A stretch of 64,000 nucleotides of DNA from Chiloscyllium plagiosum (Eukaryota): contig NC_057719.1 of NCBI RefSeq assembly GCF_004010195.1, positions 58,482,079 through 58,546,078 of the forward strand, in the 5' to 3' direction. A program made the position numbers and the translations under genes. Under the pieces are notes generated by a model. The model was not told the origin of the DNA and searched no databases. It worked only from the letters and a program-made list of their open reading frames with translations. Shown here in pieces: positions 37,048-50,300 of this stretch; positions within the stretch are counted from its first letter, which is position 1, and every line of letters starts with the position of its first letter.

Positions 37048-38835
37048 TAGAGTCATAGAGATGTACAGCACAGAAACAGACCCTTCTGTCCAACTCGTCC
37101 ATGCCGACCAGATAGCCCAGCCCAATCTAGTCCCACCTGCCAACACCCAGCCCACATCCTTCCAAACCCTTGCTGTTTATGTACCCATTCAGGTGCCTAT
37201 TAAATGTTGCAATTGTACTAGCCTCCACCACTTCCTTTGGCAGCCCATTCCACACACGCGCCACGTTCTGCGTGAAAAAGTTTCCCCTTAGGTCTCTTTT
37301 ATATCCTTCCCCTCTCACTCTAAACCTATGCCCTCTAGTTCTGGACTCCCGCACTCCAGGAAAAAGACCTTGTCTATTCACCCTATCTATGCCTCTCATG
37401 ATTTCATAAACCTCTATAAGGTCACCCTTCAGCCTCCGGCACTCCTCGGAAAAACAGCCCTAGCCTATTCAACTTCTGCCGATAGCTCAAATCCTCCAAC
37501 CCTGGCAAAATCCTTGTAAATCTTTTCTGAACCCTTTCAAGTTTCACAACATCTTTCCGATAGGAAGGAGACTAGAACTGCATGCTGTACAGGACATTGG
37601 TTAGGCAACTGTTGGCATATTGAATGCAGTTCTGGTCTCCTTCCTATCGGAAAGATGTTGTGAAACTTGAAAGGGCTCAGAAAGGATTTACAAGGATGTT
37701 GCCAGGGTTAGAGGATTTGAGCTATAGGGAGAGGCTGAACAGGCTGGGGCTGTTTTCCCTGGAGCGTCGGAGGCTGAGGGGTGACCTTATAGAGGTTTAC
37801 AAAATATGAGGGGCAAGGATAGGGTAAATAAGCAAAGTCTTTTCCCTGGGGTTGGAGAGTCCAGAACAAGAGAGCATAGATTTAGGGTGAGAGGGGAAAG
37901 ATATAAAAGAGATCTACGGGGCAACTGTTTCACACAGAGGGTGGTACATGTATGGAATGAGCTGCCAGAGGAAGTGGTGGAGTCTGGTACAATTGTAATA
38001 TTTAAGAGGCATTTGGATGGGTATATGAATAAGAAAGGTTTGGAGGGATGTGGGCCAGGTGCTGGCAGATGGGACTACATTGGGTTGGGATACCTGGTCG
38101 GCTGGACCAAAGGGTCTGTTCCCATGCTGTACATCTCTATGACTCTATACCAAACACCTTCTTTATTATCCTATCACTATCCTATCTACCTGCCTCTCTA
38201 CTTTCAAGGAGCAATGAACCTGCACTCCAACGTGTCTTTGTTCAGCAACATTCCCTAGGTGTATAAGTCCTGCTAAGATTTGCTTTCCCAAAATGCAGCA
38301 CCTTGCAATTATCTAAATTAAACTTCATCTGCCACTCAGTCCATTGGCTCTTCTGATCAAGACCCAGTTGTATTCCTAAGTAACCTTCTTCGCTGTCCAA
38401 TTTTGGTGTCATCTGCAAACTTACTAACTCAACCTCTTAAACTCACATCCAAATCATTTCCATAAATGATGAAAAGTAGTGGACCCAGCACCAATCCTTG
38501 TGGCACTCCACTGGTCACAGGCCTCCAATCTGAAAAACAACCCTTTACCACCATCCTCTGTCTTCCACTTTTGAGCCAGTTTTGTATCCAAATGGCTAGT
38601 TCTCCCTGTATTCCATGAGACCTAACCTTGTCACCCAGTCTCCCATGGGGAACCGTGTCGAATGCCTTACTGAAGTCCATACAGATCCCATCTCCTGCTC
38701 TGCCCTGATCAAACCTCTTTGTTACTTCTTCAAAAAACTCAATCGTGTTTGTGAGACATGATTTCCCACGCACAAAGTCATGTTGACTATCCCTAATCAG
38801 TCCTTGCCTTTCCAAATACATGTACATCTTGTCGC
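37048..38835. mobile_element. CR1/HER1 composite: minus 3' end (37048-37583), plus 3' fragment (37584-38148), minus RT (38149-38835)
   Basis: ORFs 37127-37399(-), 37624-38258(+) and 38429-38854(-) are all CR1 ORF2. Confidence 0.9.
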
Positions 38836-38900
38836 TATCCAAGGCCCCGGACACACCTTCTAGGTGAAGTAGTGATTTACCTGCACATCATTCAATCTAG

Positions 38901-39046
38901 GCGAAGTGAGGACTGCAGATGCTGGAGATCAGAGTCAAGATTAGAGTGGTGCTGGAAAGCACAGCAAGTCAGTTCAGCATCCAAGGAGTCTGAAAATCGA
39001 CATTTCGGGCAAAAGCCCTTCATCAAGCACCACTCTAATCTTGACT
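38901..39046 (-). mobile_element. Penelope family A mini-element inserted into another Penelope
   Basis: 15-bp TSD CATCATTCAATCTAG / CATCGTTCAATCTAG, and an internal inverted repeat AGTCAAGATTAGAGTGGTGCT / AGCACCACTCTAATCTTGACT. Confidence 0.8.
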
Positions 39047-39742
39047 CATCGTTCAATCTAGTCTACTGTATTTGCTGCTCACAATGTAGTCTCTTCTACA
39101 ATGGGGAGACAAAACACAGACTAGGTGACTGCTTTGCAGAACACCTACGTCCTGTCCGTAAAAATGACACTGAGCTTCTGGTTTACTGCCACTTCAGTAC
39201 AACTTTAAGTTGCCTGATCAACATCTCTGTTTTGAACTTGCTACAGTGCTGCAGCAAAGCTCAGCACAAACTGGGAGAACAACACCTCCTTTTCCACTTG
39301 GAGACTTTGCAACCTTCTGGGCTCAATATTAAGTTCAATAATTTTTGGACTTCAGCAGCATCTCCCATACTAACCCCAGCACACCTGGCCTTGACATCAC
39401 ATGGGCTGCTATCACAAACAACCCATTGTCAGCTGCTAACCATCCCCATGAATGGATATTATTTCTCCCAGGCTGACCTTTACACATTCCTTTGTTTGCT
39501 CAACTGTTTTTTTCTCTCTCTTTCTCTGGGCTTCATTTACTGTTGCCTCTCCTCCCAAACCTGTAACAAACACAGAGTAAACTTTTTATTAACTGGTATC
39601 TGTGAGACCAGAAGTGTCGGTTGGTCAAATATTCCAATTGATCAAGTGGTCCACATAGACACACACTAAGTAATAGGAACATAACGCAGTGGTCATACCC
39701 ATCACTGTTATACTTTATTTACAGCATAAATTACTTAAATAC

Positions 39743-39916
39743 TAACGCAACTTTGCTTTAAATAAAACTTAATAACAGCCTTCTTACTGCACCATCGATT
39801 GGCTATGTGGAGATCATGATAATACAGTGAACTTCTGGTATTTCAGATTAATAATTTTTGCTCGTTTATCAAGATGGCCAGTTCATAAGTTGCTAGTTAA
39901 AACAAAGTTTGCCGTA
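39743..39916. mobile_element. Possible MITE
   Basis: Imperfect terminal inverted repeats ACGCAACTTTGCTTTAA and TTAAAACAAAGTTTGCCGT, interrupting the Penelope 3' region. Confidence 0.35.
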
Positions 39917-40339
39917 CCAACATTTTCCTAGCTACAAACAGTCCTGAAGAAGGGTCACTGGAACCAAACATTAACTCTGCTTTCTCTCCACAGATGCTGC
40001 CAGACCTGCTGAGTTTTTCAAGCAATTTCTGATTTTGTTTCTGACTTCTAGCATCTGCAGTTCTTTAGTTTTTATCTTATTTTGATGCTACATAAATTCT
40101 AGATTAATAAAAGTATAACTGATTACATGGACATTAGTCCTGTTAAAATTCACTTCAACAAGATGATTTGATTAGCTTCTGAAACCTAAACCTCTGGAAA
40201 ATTAGTTTCCTTGCAAAATTCTATTAATTCTGCAATGGTTCCTGCAGATCGGAAGGTTGCAAACCTATAATCCAAGAGTTCAAAAGACGAAGATATGAAA
40301 CAAGGAAGTGAAGGCCTGTTAGGCTGATAACTATAGTTG

Positions 40340-40552
40340 TGTTAGCTGGATGGGTAGTTTACAAAGCAGAGAGTCACCTGCAAGTGTGGGTTCCCTTCCC
40401 ACGCTGGCTGAGATAATTATGAAGGTCTCTACTTCTTAAACTATCTGCTTGCCTGAGGTTTGGTGACCCTCAAAGTAAACCACCACCAGTTGTCTGTCTT
40501 TAATAAAAGAGTAGCCCTATAGTCTGGCAAGCAACGGCAACTTTACCTTTAT
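40340..40552 (+). mobile_element. Old tRNA-derived SINE (family not assigned)
   Basis: B-box-like GGGTTCCCTTCCC, central GCCTGAGGTTTGGTGACCCTC and CTTTACCTTT tail. Confidence 0.45.
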
Positions 40553-41029
40553 TATTGAATTAGACGAAGAAAGTATATGACTGTGACAGATGTGAATGCT
40601 TCACTGGTCCCTAAGTTATTTAAAATAATGGACAAATGAGGGTCATGGTTTGAAATAGTTGGGTGTTTGGCCCAAATGCCTTGCAATCTTTGATGATAAC
40701 AGTCTTTCTCCTTTCCATGGAGTGATGTAAGGAAACTCATGGCCTTCTCCTAAGAAGGTGGTGGCTTGCTTTCCTCAATCATGCTGCTTTCTCTATAACT
40801 ACCTCTGTTGATGTACCTTATTTTGGGGCTGGCTGTATATGCTGTTTCAATCAACTGTCTAAACTACCTCAGCCAATGACCACGAGCAAGTACTCAAGAT
40901 GTCAGGATGACCCTTGCAGTAGATCAACATGTGGAGTGATTGAGGAGAAGATAGAGATAATGTCAGTTATGTCTAATAAGAAGAATAGGTAGGGCTAGGT
41001 TAATTTACGTAGCTAAACTATTTGTCTGA

Positions 41030-43900
41030 AATGTGTTTATTTCAATGGAGAGTGTGTTGACAGGTAAGGTAGATGAGCAGAGAGCCTAGATTAGTATAGA
41101 GAACTACAATGCTGTAGCATTGCAGAAATTTGGTTGAGAGAAGGGTAGGATTGGCCCTTCAATATGCCAGGGTTTAGATGTTTCAGGCAAGATAGAGAAG
41201 GATGTAAAAAGAGTATGTAGGAGCTGCATTCGTGATCAAGGAGATTTTCGTAGCTCCACAAAGAAAGGACACCTTGGAGGCTCATCCAATGAGGCCAGAT
41301 GAGTAAAAGGAAAAGAAAGATGCAATTACTATGATGGGGTTATACATAGGCCTCCCAATAGCCAGTGGGAGATGGAGGAACGGATATGTAAGCAGGTCAT
41401 GGAAAGATGTAAAATCAGCAGGGTTGTTGCAGTGGATGATTTTTAACTTCCTCAATATTGACTGGGGCTTCCTCAAGTGCAAGCAGCTTAGATGAGGCAC
41501 AATTTGTGAGGTACATCCAGGAGGGTTTCTTGAAACAATATAGACTTATTCCAACTAGGGAAGGAGCTATACTATACCTTTCATTAAGGAATGAGCCTGG
41601 AATGATAGCTTCGCTGGGGGAGCAGTTTGGGAATAGTGATCATAATTTTGTAAGCTTTAGGATAGTTATGGAAAAGAATAAGAGTAGTCCTTGAATGAAA
41701 GCCGTAAATTTGGGGAAAGCTAATTATAACAGTATTAGGCAAGAACTGGAAAATTAAATTGGGGTGGCTGTTTGAGAGTAAATCCACATCTGGCATATGG
41801 GAGTCTCTTAAAGGCCACTTGATCCCCTTTCAGGATCAGCATGTTCTTGTGAGGATGAAAGATAAGGATGGTAAGATTCGGGATCCTGGATGATGAGATG
41901 TTAAAAGTTTAGTTAAAAAAAAGTTACGGAAACTGAAACCAATCAAGGCCCTTGAATACTTTACAGGAAGCAGGAAGGAAATTAAACAAGGAATTCAGAG
42001 GGCCAAAAGAGGCCGTGAATGTTCATGCAATTAGGATTTGCCAAGTAGGATTAAGAAAAATCCCAAGTTATTTAATGCAAATATTAGAAGCAAGAGGGTA
42101 GTTAGGGAAAAGAGTAGGTCCACTCAAGGACAGAGGAGGGAATTTATGCATGGAGCCGGAGCAAGTGGATGAGGTCCTTAATGAGTACTTCACATCAGTA
42201 TTCATCAAAGAGAAGAATATGGATGATGGTAAGGTGAGAGAGGGATATGTTGATATTCTAGGGCATGTTGATATTAAGGAAGAGGAGATGTTGGGTGGCT
42301 TGAAAAGTATTAAGGTAGGTAGGTCCCCCGTAGCTGATTGCATCTGCCCCAGCAAGGCCAGGGAGGAAATTACTGCGGCCATCACAGAGATCTTTGTATC
42401 TTCTATAGCCACAGACCAGGTCCCAGAATATTGGAGAATAGCCAATGTTGATCCTTTGTTTAAGAAGGGCAACAGGGATGATCCAGGAAAATATAGGCTT
42501 GTAGCCTTGTATCATTGGTAGAAAAATTATTGGAGAAGATTTTTAGGGACAGGTTTTATTTGAATTTGGAAAGGAATGGAATTAATTGGGATAGTCAGCA
42601 TAGCTTTGGGAAAGGTCTTGTCTCAAATGTGATTCCATTGTTTAAGGAAGTGGCGAAGGTGATTGATGAGGCTCGGGCTTTTGCCTACATGGATTTTACT
42701 AGACCCTTATGGTAGACTGGTCCAGAAGATTAAGTCATATGGGATCCATGGTGAGTTAGTCAGCTGGATACAAAACTGGTCATAGAAGACAGAGAATAGT
42801 TGTGGAGGGGTGTTTTCCTGACAAGTAGTTTATGAACAGTGTGTTCTGCAAGGATCAGTGTGAACGACGTCTATCATTTGTAATATGTATAAGTGATTTG
42901 GATGAAAATATAGGTATCCTGATTAGTAAGTTTGCGTACGTAATGGACATTGGTGGAGTTGTGGATATTGTGGAAGGTTGTCAAAAGATACAACATGATA
43001 TAGATCAGTTGCAAAGTTGGGCAGAGAAATGGCAGAAGGAGTTTAATCTGGACAAGTGTAAGGTAATGCATTTTGAACGCTCAGATGCAAGAGGAAGCAG
43101 TAAATGGCAGGACCATTAGGAGCTTTGATATTCAGAAGGATCTTGGGTCCATAGTTCCCTGAAAGTGGCAATATAAGTGGATAAGGTAGTAAAGAAGGCA
43201 TACAGCTTTCATTGGGCGAAAGTGAGGACTGCAGATGCTGAAGAAGAGCTGATGAAGGGCTCCTGCCCGAAATGTCGATTTTCCTATTCCTTGGATGCTA
43301 CCTGACCTGCTGTACTTTTCCAGCACCACTCTAATCTTGATACAGCTTTCATTGGTCAGGGCATTGAGAATGAACGTTTGCAGATATAAAAAACATTTGT
43401 GATAGTCACATTTAGAATATTGTGTGCAGTTCTGATCACCACACTTTAGAAATGCTGTGAAGGCTTTAGAGAGGGTGGAAAAGAGGTTTACAAGGATATT
43501 GCTTGGGATGCATTAGCCAAAAGGAGCAGTTGGACAAACTTGAATTATTTGCATTAAACTATCGGAGGCCAAGGGGTAACCTGATAAAAGTATATAAAAT
43601 TATGAGAGGCACAGATAGGGTTTCCCAGGTTGGAAATGTCAAATATTAGGGATTTAAGGTGAGAGAGGAGAAGTTGAAAGAAAATATTACGCAGAGTATG
43701 GTAGGTGCCTGGAAGGTGTTGCTAAGTGGTAGAAGTAGATGCAATGGCAACTTTTAAGAGACATTTAGACAAAAATGTGAACAGGCAGAGAATAGAGGGG
43801 TACGGACCATGTGCAGGCAGATAAAATTAGTTTTGAATGGCATTATGATTGGCATGGATATGGGCTGAAGGATCTGTTCCTGTGCTGGACTGATCTTTGT
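41030..43900 (+). mobile_element. Long degraded CR1 ORF2 (EN, RT, 3' UTR)
   Basis: GNSDHN, EVLNEYFTSVF, WRIANVDPLFKKG and WAEKWQKEFNLDKCKVMHF motifs. Confidence 0.9.
43216..43339. mobile_element. Penelope family A mini-element with a hammerhead motif at 43246-43282
   Basis: Perfect 16-bp TSD ATACAGCTTTCATTGG (43200-43215 and 43340-43355). The motif reads CTGATGA-A-GGGC-TCCT-GCCC-GAAA-TGTC. Confidence 0.82.
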
Positions 43901-45318
43901 TTCTTGCAAAGTATATTGTGTCTGACTAATTTATTTGAGTTTTTTTGAGAAAGTTTCAATCAGAATATAGTGAACCAGGAGGAGAGTTGTACTTGGATTT
44001 CCAGCAGGTGTTTGGCACAGTACCTCAAAACATTAAGTCATTAAATAAGAGCCCACAATGTTGGAGATAATATATTGGCATGGATAGAGAATTGGTTAAT
44101 GGATAGGAAACAGCAAATGGTGATAAGGGATTCTTTGCAGTATGTAGGTCTGTAACCAGTGGGGTTCCACAGTTATCAATTCTGGAACCTCAGCTGTTTA
44201 CAGTATATATTAATGATTTGGAGGAAGGAAACAAATGTACTGTAGCCAGGTTGGCAAACAGCACAAAAATAGATGGAAAGGCAAGTTGCGAAGAGGATAC
44301 AAATAGGTTGCAGAGAAATATTGATAGATGCAGTAAGTAGGCAAAAGCATATAATGTGGACAAATGTAAAGTTGTAAATTTCGAGGGGAGAATAAAAGAA
44401 CAGTATTATTTAAATGGAGAAAAGTTGCAGAAAGCTGCAGCACAAAGGAACTTGTGGGTACTTGTGCATGAAACACAGAAAGCTAGCACACAGGTGCATT
44501 AGATAATCAGGAATGTGATTTCAAGAGGGTTGAAGCATAATAGGAGGGAAGTCTTACTTTAACTGTACAAGATGCTGGTGAAAACACACCTGGAGTACTG
44601 TGAGCAGTTTCAGTCCCCTTATTTAAGGAAAAATATAATTTAAAAGGAGGCAATTCAGAGATGGTTCATTAGGATGATTTTACAAGTAAAGGCTAAAGAG
44701 ATTGCGACTCTACTCACTGGAGTTTAGATGAAAGGTGATCTCATTGAAACATATAGGAGAAAGGGTTAACAGGGTATATGTTGAGAGAATGTTTCCCCTC
44801 ATGGAAGAGTCTATAAGTAAAGGGCATAGTCCCAAAATTAATGCGCAACAGTTTAAGACTGAGATGGAAGGAATTTCTTCTCTGAGGGAGTTGTGAGTCT
44901 TCGAAGTTCCTTGAAACAGAGAGCTGTGGGGGTAGAGTCCTTGTGTACATTTAAGACTGAGATAGATTCTTGATCAGTTGGGGAAGCAATCAAGGGTTAT
45001 GGCGAAAATGCAGTAAAGTGGATATGAACAATGTTGGGATCAGATGTACAGAGTTAAAAATCACACAACACCAGGTTACAGTCCAATACATCATAGGACA
45101 CAGAATCTTATATCCTACAACCACCTGATGAAGGAGCAGTGCTCCAAAAGCTAGTGCTTCCAAATAAACCTGTTGGACTATAACCTGGTGTTGTGTGATT
45201 TTTAACTTTGTACACTCCAGTCCAACACCGGCATCTCCAAATCGGGATCCAATGTGATTCTATTAACTGGCGGAGCAGACTCGAGGTACCGAATGTTCCT
45301 ATTTCTCATCATCTTATG
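43900..45318 (+). mobile_element. CR1 RT to 3' end (second subfamily)
   Basis: GVPQLSILEPQLFTVYINDL and LYKMLVKTHLEYCEQF motifs, followed by a 3' UTR. Confidence 0.82.
45050..45243. mobile_element. Penelope family B mini-element with inverted termini; hammerhead motif at 45122-45156
   Basis: CAC-CTGATGA-A-GGAGC-AGT-GCTCC-AAAA-GCTA-GTG (GAAA mutated to AAAA). Imperfect TSD GGGATCAGATGT / GGGATCCAATGT. Confidence 0.75.
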
Positions 45319-47342
45319 AAACCTAGGAATAATCATAATTTGATCATTTCTGCTTTGCTTCTGGATGTAAGTTTTAAAAGCATGATTGCACAGTGCTCCA
45401 CATAGCCACAACTGCAAACAATTATTATAGAACCTGCTTGCCATTTGAAACACTCTATAAATGTTTAATGTTTCATTTTGGATTTTTCCCCCATTGTTGC
45501 AATCACTTTGAATTCTCAAAAAAAAAATTTAATCCTCTGCTACAAAAGGAATATTGGAAATAAATGAGATAGAAATTAAACTTAAGTAGCCATGCTATGA
45601 GTTAAGTATAAAGTACTGGGATGTGTAATCGGACAGAAATGATATCAACTTGGTAGTTTGTTATGGAGAAAGTTGTAAAGGATGGGGAAGCGGATTATCA
45701 AGGTAAAACTAGATTTCAAATTTAAATCTGAAGAGCTGAAGTTGTCAGCGAGCATTCATGATATATTTTCATCTTGCAACTGATTACATATAATCTATGG
45801 CACTAATGCAATTCTTGAGCAACATAAAAGAGATGGTACTGACCTCTCCATTTTTAATAGTGAAATACCAGTGTTATTGTGTGATGTTTCCTATAAAAAT
45901 GCGTTTATTAGTCCTTGGACCACTGAGATGGCAACCCTGCAGGGTGTGGTTCCTCAACCAGTAGAAAGTGAGACCTGCTAAGAGACACTTTTTCTGGTTT
46001 CCTCATTTGGGATGAGCAGGGGATGTCCTGCAGTGGACTGCCCAAAAGTATATCTGTTCGAACATACTTGCTCAATGACCTTCATGCATCTGTTGCTTGT
46101 TCATAAATTCTTGACAAAAGACTTACTACAGCTGTGAATCTGTCACCAATTCTACTTCAACGCAGGATTGGCAACAGGATCCTAGTGGATACCTGCACGT
46201 GACTTGGTTCACCATGATTTTGACAGGTTGACAGTCACACTTCGTTGTTGATATAAATAGTGATGGCTGGAGCTACCTTGCTGCAGTCTTCATCCACCTT
46301 TGAAGCCAGCGACGACACGTCCAATCCACACTCTGAACTTGTTGTCATGGGTGACCTTGTTGGGAGCAAGAAACTTCTGACAGCATAGTTCAAGAGAAAA
46401 CTGAGGCAGGCAAGCTCCTCTAGCATATCAAGATGGTGATCTCCAGAAAGTATACTAAAATAAGATTACGACAATAGAGACGTACAATCTAATGCAAAGA
46501 GACTTACATTTATCAAGTAATTGCATTGAATCAAGGTAGATGAGGTGTCCAAAATACACACGGCATTCACAAGCAATGAAACTGAAACCTGTTTCAGAGA
46601 AAGGTTTTGATCTGTAATGGGGCACTGATCGCTGAAAATGAGCTGAGGCACAAAGCATGAACACTGATAGCTATGTGAACTGCTTTATAAACTGAGTGGA
46701 ATGTTTAGACTTCAGTAAGACTCAATTGGATGCAAAGGCATCAAGAAAAGCAGCACAGTTCAACTATATGCAAGAGCAGTAACCTATAGGGATAGGCAAA
46801 ATGATAGATACCAAAACAAACAGCGTAGAATTTGTGCTCAGCTAAACAGTGAAATAAGTCATAAAGCTTAAATGAAGCTCTGAATTAAATATAGATGTGG
46901 TGAAGTAGGGCTCCTGAGCCGGGGCTCATCTGCTCTGACCACCTTTCCTTTCCTTTTATTTTCTCTTTTTTTTAATAGATATTTTTATTAGAAATTTAAC
47001 ATTTTTCCAAGTTTACAAAAATAAATAAAACTCTCAAGTACAAACATTGATATACAATTAAATCTTAAATATATAATCACCAAAATTTAACAAAAGAAAA
47101 ATACCGAGAAAAAAAAGCAAAATTCAACTAACTACTAATCTAACCTACAACTAACCAGAGTGTATATTTAAGTCTCTTACATTATTCAAATAAGAGAAAG
47201 AGAAAAAAAAACAACAGATAACACAGAAATTGGGTAGTGAGATACATGCTCGGAATGTGATAACATCAAATGTAACAAAACCCGTGTTCGTGCGGGATTC
47301 CTCTCCTAAGGGGCCCCGGACCAGCCAGGTTCGTAATCTCAA

Positions 47343-50300
47343 TTAAATAAAAGCCCTAGTCAGGATAGCCGAAATATCTGTATTCATATAATTCAAGAAG
47401 GGCTGCCATATTTTATAAAATAATTCGGTCTTTCGGTGCACCATATTTGTAAGGATGTCAAGGGGAATATATTCCATAATTAATCTGTGCCAATTTGAAA
47501 GTCCGGGGGGCCCTCAGCCACCCAGTTTACCAAAATATTTTTCCTTGCACAGAAAGAGAGAATAGAAAATAGTCTCTTCCCGTGCATATCCAGGGAAGGA
47601 AAGTTCGAAAAGCCCAAAAGGAGAGATACAGGTTCCACTTTAGTTTCCGTTCCTAAAATTTCTGTCAGGGTACTTGCTACTTTAGTCCAGTATCTACGGA
47701 TCTTATGACAGGTCCATAGGCAATGTACAAGAGTGCCCACCTCTATTTTACATTTGAGACACATTGGAGATGCTCCTGCCTTAAATTTTGCCTATCGATC
47801 CGGTACTATATGGGCCCTATGAAGTATCTTCAGCTGGATAGCTTGGGTTCTGTTACAAATGGTGATTCTTCTGGCGTTTTCCCAAATGTCATTCCACGTT
47901 TCTATAGAGATTTCTAGTCGCAATTCCTGATCCCATGTTTTAAGCAGATTGTCCATATCTCCCGATACTTCATCATGTAGTAAATGATAAATAGTACTGA
48001 TGGAGGATACCCCCATTGGTCGTAGTACTTTACATTCTCTATCTGATTTATAAAGACTGTCAAATAACTTAGTCTTCTTCTATATATAGTCTCGAATTTG
48101 GAAGTATCGATAGAGGTCTCCATTAGGTAATCCGAATTTTTGACGTAGCTGTTCAAAAGACATCAGGACACCATCTTTAAATAGGTCCCCTTGACATGAG
48201 ATACCCCTGGATCTCCAGAGTTTAAAAGTGGCATTTGTAAACCCCGGTTGGAATCCCCATGCTCCCACTATCAGCGCATAGGGGGATGTTTTATGTGAGT
48301 TGCCCTCATTTTGCCGCATTATATTCCAAGCTTTAATTGTGTTTAGTATTATAGGGTTTTTACAGTGATCCGTAATGATTTTCCTCTTGTCTGAAAATAA
48401 AAGGTTAATAAGTGGGCATTTTACTTGAGAAGCCTCGATATCCAGCCAGATTGATTGTGGATCAGACAAGACCCAATCAGCTATGTAACTTAAGAGGGAA
48501 CTCAACTGATATTTCTTAAAATCTGGGAAGTCCAATCCTCCCCTTGCCTGTGGCAGCTCTAGCTTCTTCAGCTTAATGAGGGGCCGAGTATGATTCCAGA
48601 TAAAGGAACCCAACCAGCCATATAATTTACGTAGTGCCAGCCTCGGCGCATCACCAGAAGCATTCTCATAGGGTATAGGAGACGGGGCAGGACATTCATT
48701 TTAATTAGTGCTGTTCTACCCAGCCAGGAAATTGGAAGGTCTCCCCATCGCTGGAGGTCCTGCCTTATCCTTTCCAGTAAATGCACAAAGTTAGCCTTGT
48801 ATAACTGACCAAATACTGGGGTAGTAAAAATACCTAAATATAAGAAACCCTCCAGGGACCAACGAAAGGGAAAATGGGATCCGTCCATTAAGTGGGGTAT
48901 CATAGCAAGGCCACCCATTGGCATAGCCTCCGATTTTGAGAAATTAATTTTATAACCTGAGAATGCGCTAAATGTATTAATAACTTGGATTAAGCGAGGT
49001 ATGGATATCAAAGGATTACTGAGGAATAGAAGAACATCATCTGCATAAAGGGTAATTTTATGTTTACCTGTACCAATCCTTGGGGCCGTTATATTAGGAT
49101 CAGCCCGTATAGCTTCTGTTAGTGGTTCAATTATTAGCGTAAATAACAATGGCAAGAGAGGACATCCCTGACGGCAGTCCCTATCCACACTGAAACTATC
49201 CAAACCTAATCCATTGGTAACCACAACTGCTTTGGGATCACTACACAATGTTGAGACCCATTTGGTAAACACCTTTCCAACGCCAATGTGTAAAACAAAT
49301 ATGACCATTCAACCCTATCGAATGCCTTTTCCGCGTCTAATGAAACTACTACTCCTGGTATCTTTCCCTGATGGCAGGTTTGAATCATATTCAAAACCCT
49401 TCTAATATTATTGGATGATCTACAGCCCTTAATAAACCCCGTCTGATCCTCCTTTATGATATGTGGCAGTACCCTTTCTAGTCTCAATGCTAACATTTTA
49501 GAAAGGATTTTAAAATCTACATTTAGCAAGGATATTGGTCTGTATGATGTACAATCTTCTGGACCCTTTCCTTTTTTAAGGATAAGAGAGATATTTGCCT
49601 CTTTCAGCGAAGGCGGGAGACAGCCCTGACCATATGCATAGTTATACATGTCCATAAGTGGACCAGCCAATATTCCTGTAAATTCTTTATAGAATTCAGC
49701 TTGAAAACCATCTGGGCCAGGTGCCTTACCGCTCTGAAGTTGCCCGATTGTGTCAAGTATTTCTTGGACTGTTAGGGGAGCATTTAAGACCGATACCTCT
49801 TCTGGAGTTAGGTCCGGAAAGGTCAAATTTTTAAAAAATGATTGCATCCTCCTAGTCCTGTCTTCACAATCCTGCGATTTATATAAATCAGAATAAAATT
49901 TTCTAATGATTGCATTAATCTTTTTATGATCATGATTCAAAATACCCGTACTTTCCTTGATAGACTTGATAGTTTGAGGGGCCTTTTTTTTTTGCAAGAA
50001 ATGCTAAGTATCCACCCGGTTTGTCGCCAAATTCATATAACCTTTGTTTTGCAAATAATATTTCCCTCTTAGTCGTTTGGGTAAGTGTGGTGTTTAGAGC
50101 TGTCTTAAGGGCCGTAATCTTTTGCAATTTGATAATAGAAGGTCTATCACCGTATGCTGTTTCAGCTGCTTTTAAGCGAGCTTCGAGCAGACGCTGTTGT
50201 TCTCCCTTTAAATCTTTCTGGGTCGCTGAGTAGGAGATGATCAAACCTCGCACGTAAGCTTTGATGGTCTCCCACATCATTGATGGGTGCTAGCCGTACC

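Larger units (their letters stand above)
36485..40078 (+). mobile_element. Penelope-like element (RT C-terminus, GIY-YIG, terminus) fragmented by nested insertions
   Basis: YLDISVSI...HYKSIDTNGYLDYTSSHP (36485-37047), resuming at 38836 and 39047 with NLVYCICCSQCSLFYNGETKHRLGDCFAEHL. Degenerate hammerhead at 39940-39976. Confidence 0.85.

Noticed and set aside
38872..39669. 265-aa ORF as a host gene
   Set aside because: It is a chance fusion of a mini-element, the Penelope GIY-YIG remnant and 3' sequence.
39562..39936. Apparent TGTAAC...GCTACA solo LTR
   Set aside because: The TSD does not match (AACC vs AACA), and the right end looks like part of the Penelope terminus.
45900..46450. GC-richer coding-like stretch (possible Academ-like relic or next MIPOL1 exon)
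   Set aside because: There are stops in all frames, no convincing motif and no ALVEEVY-like peptide.
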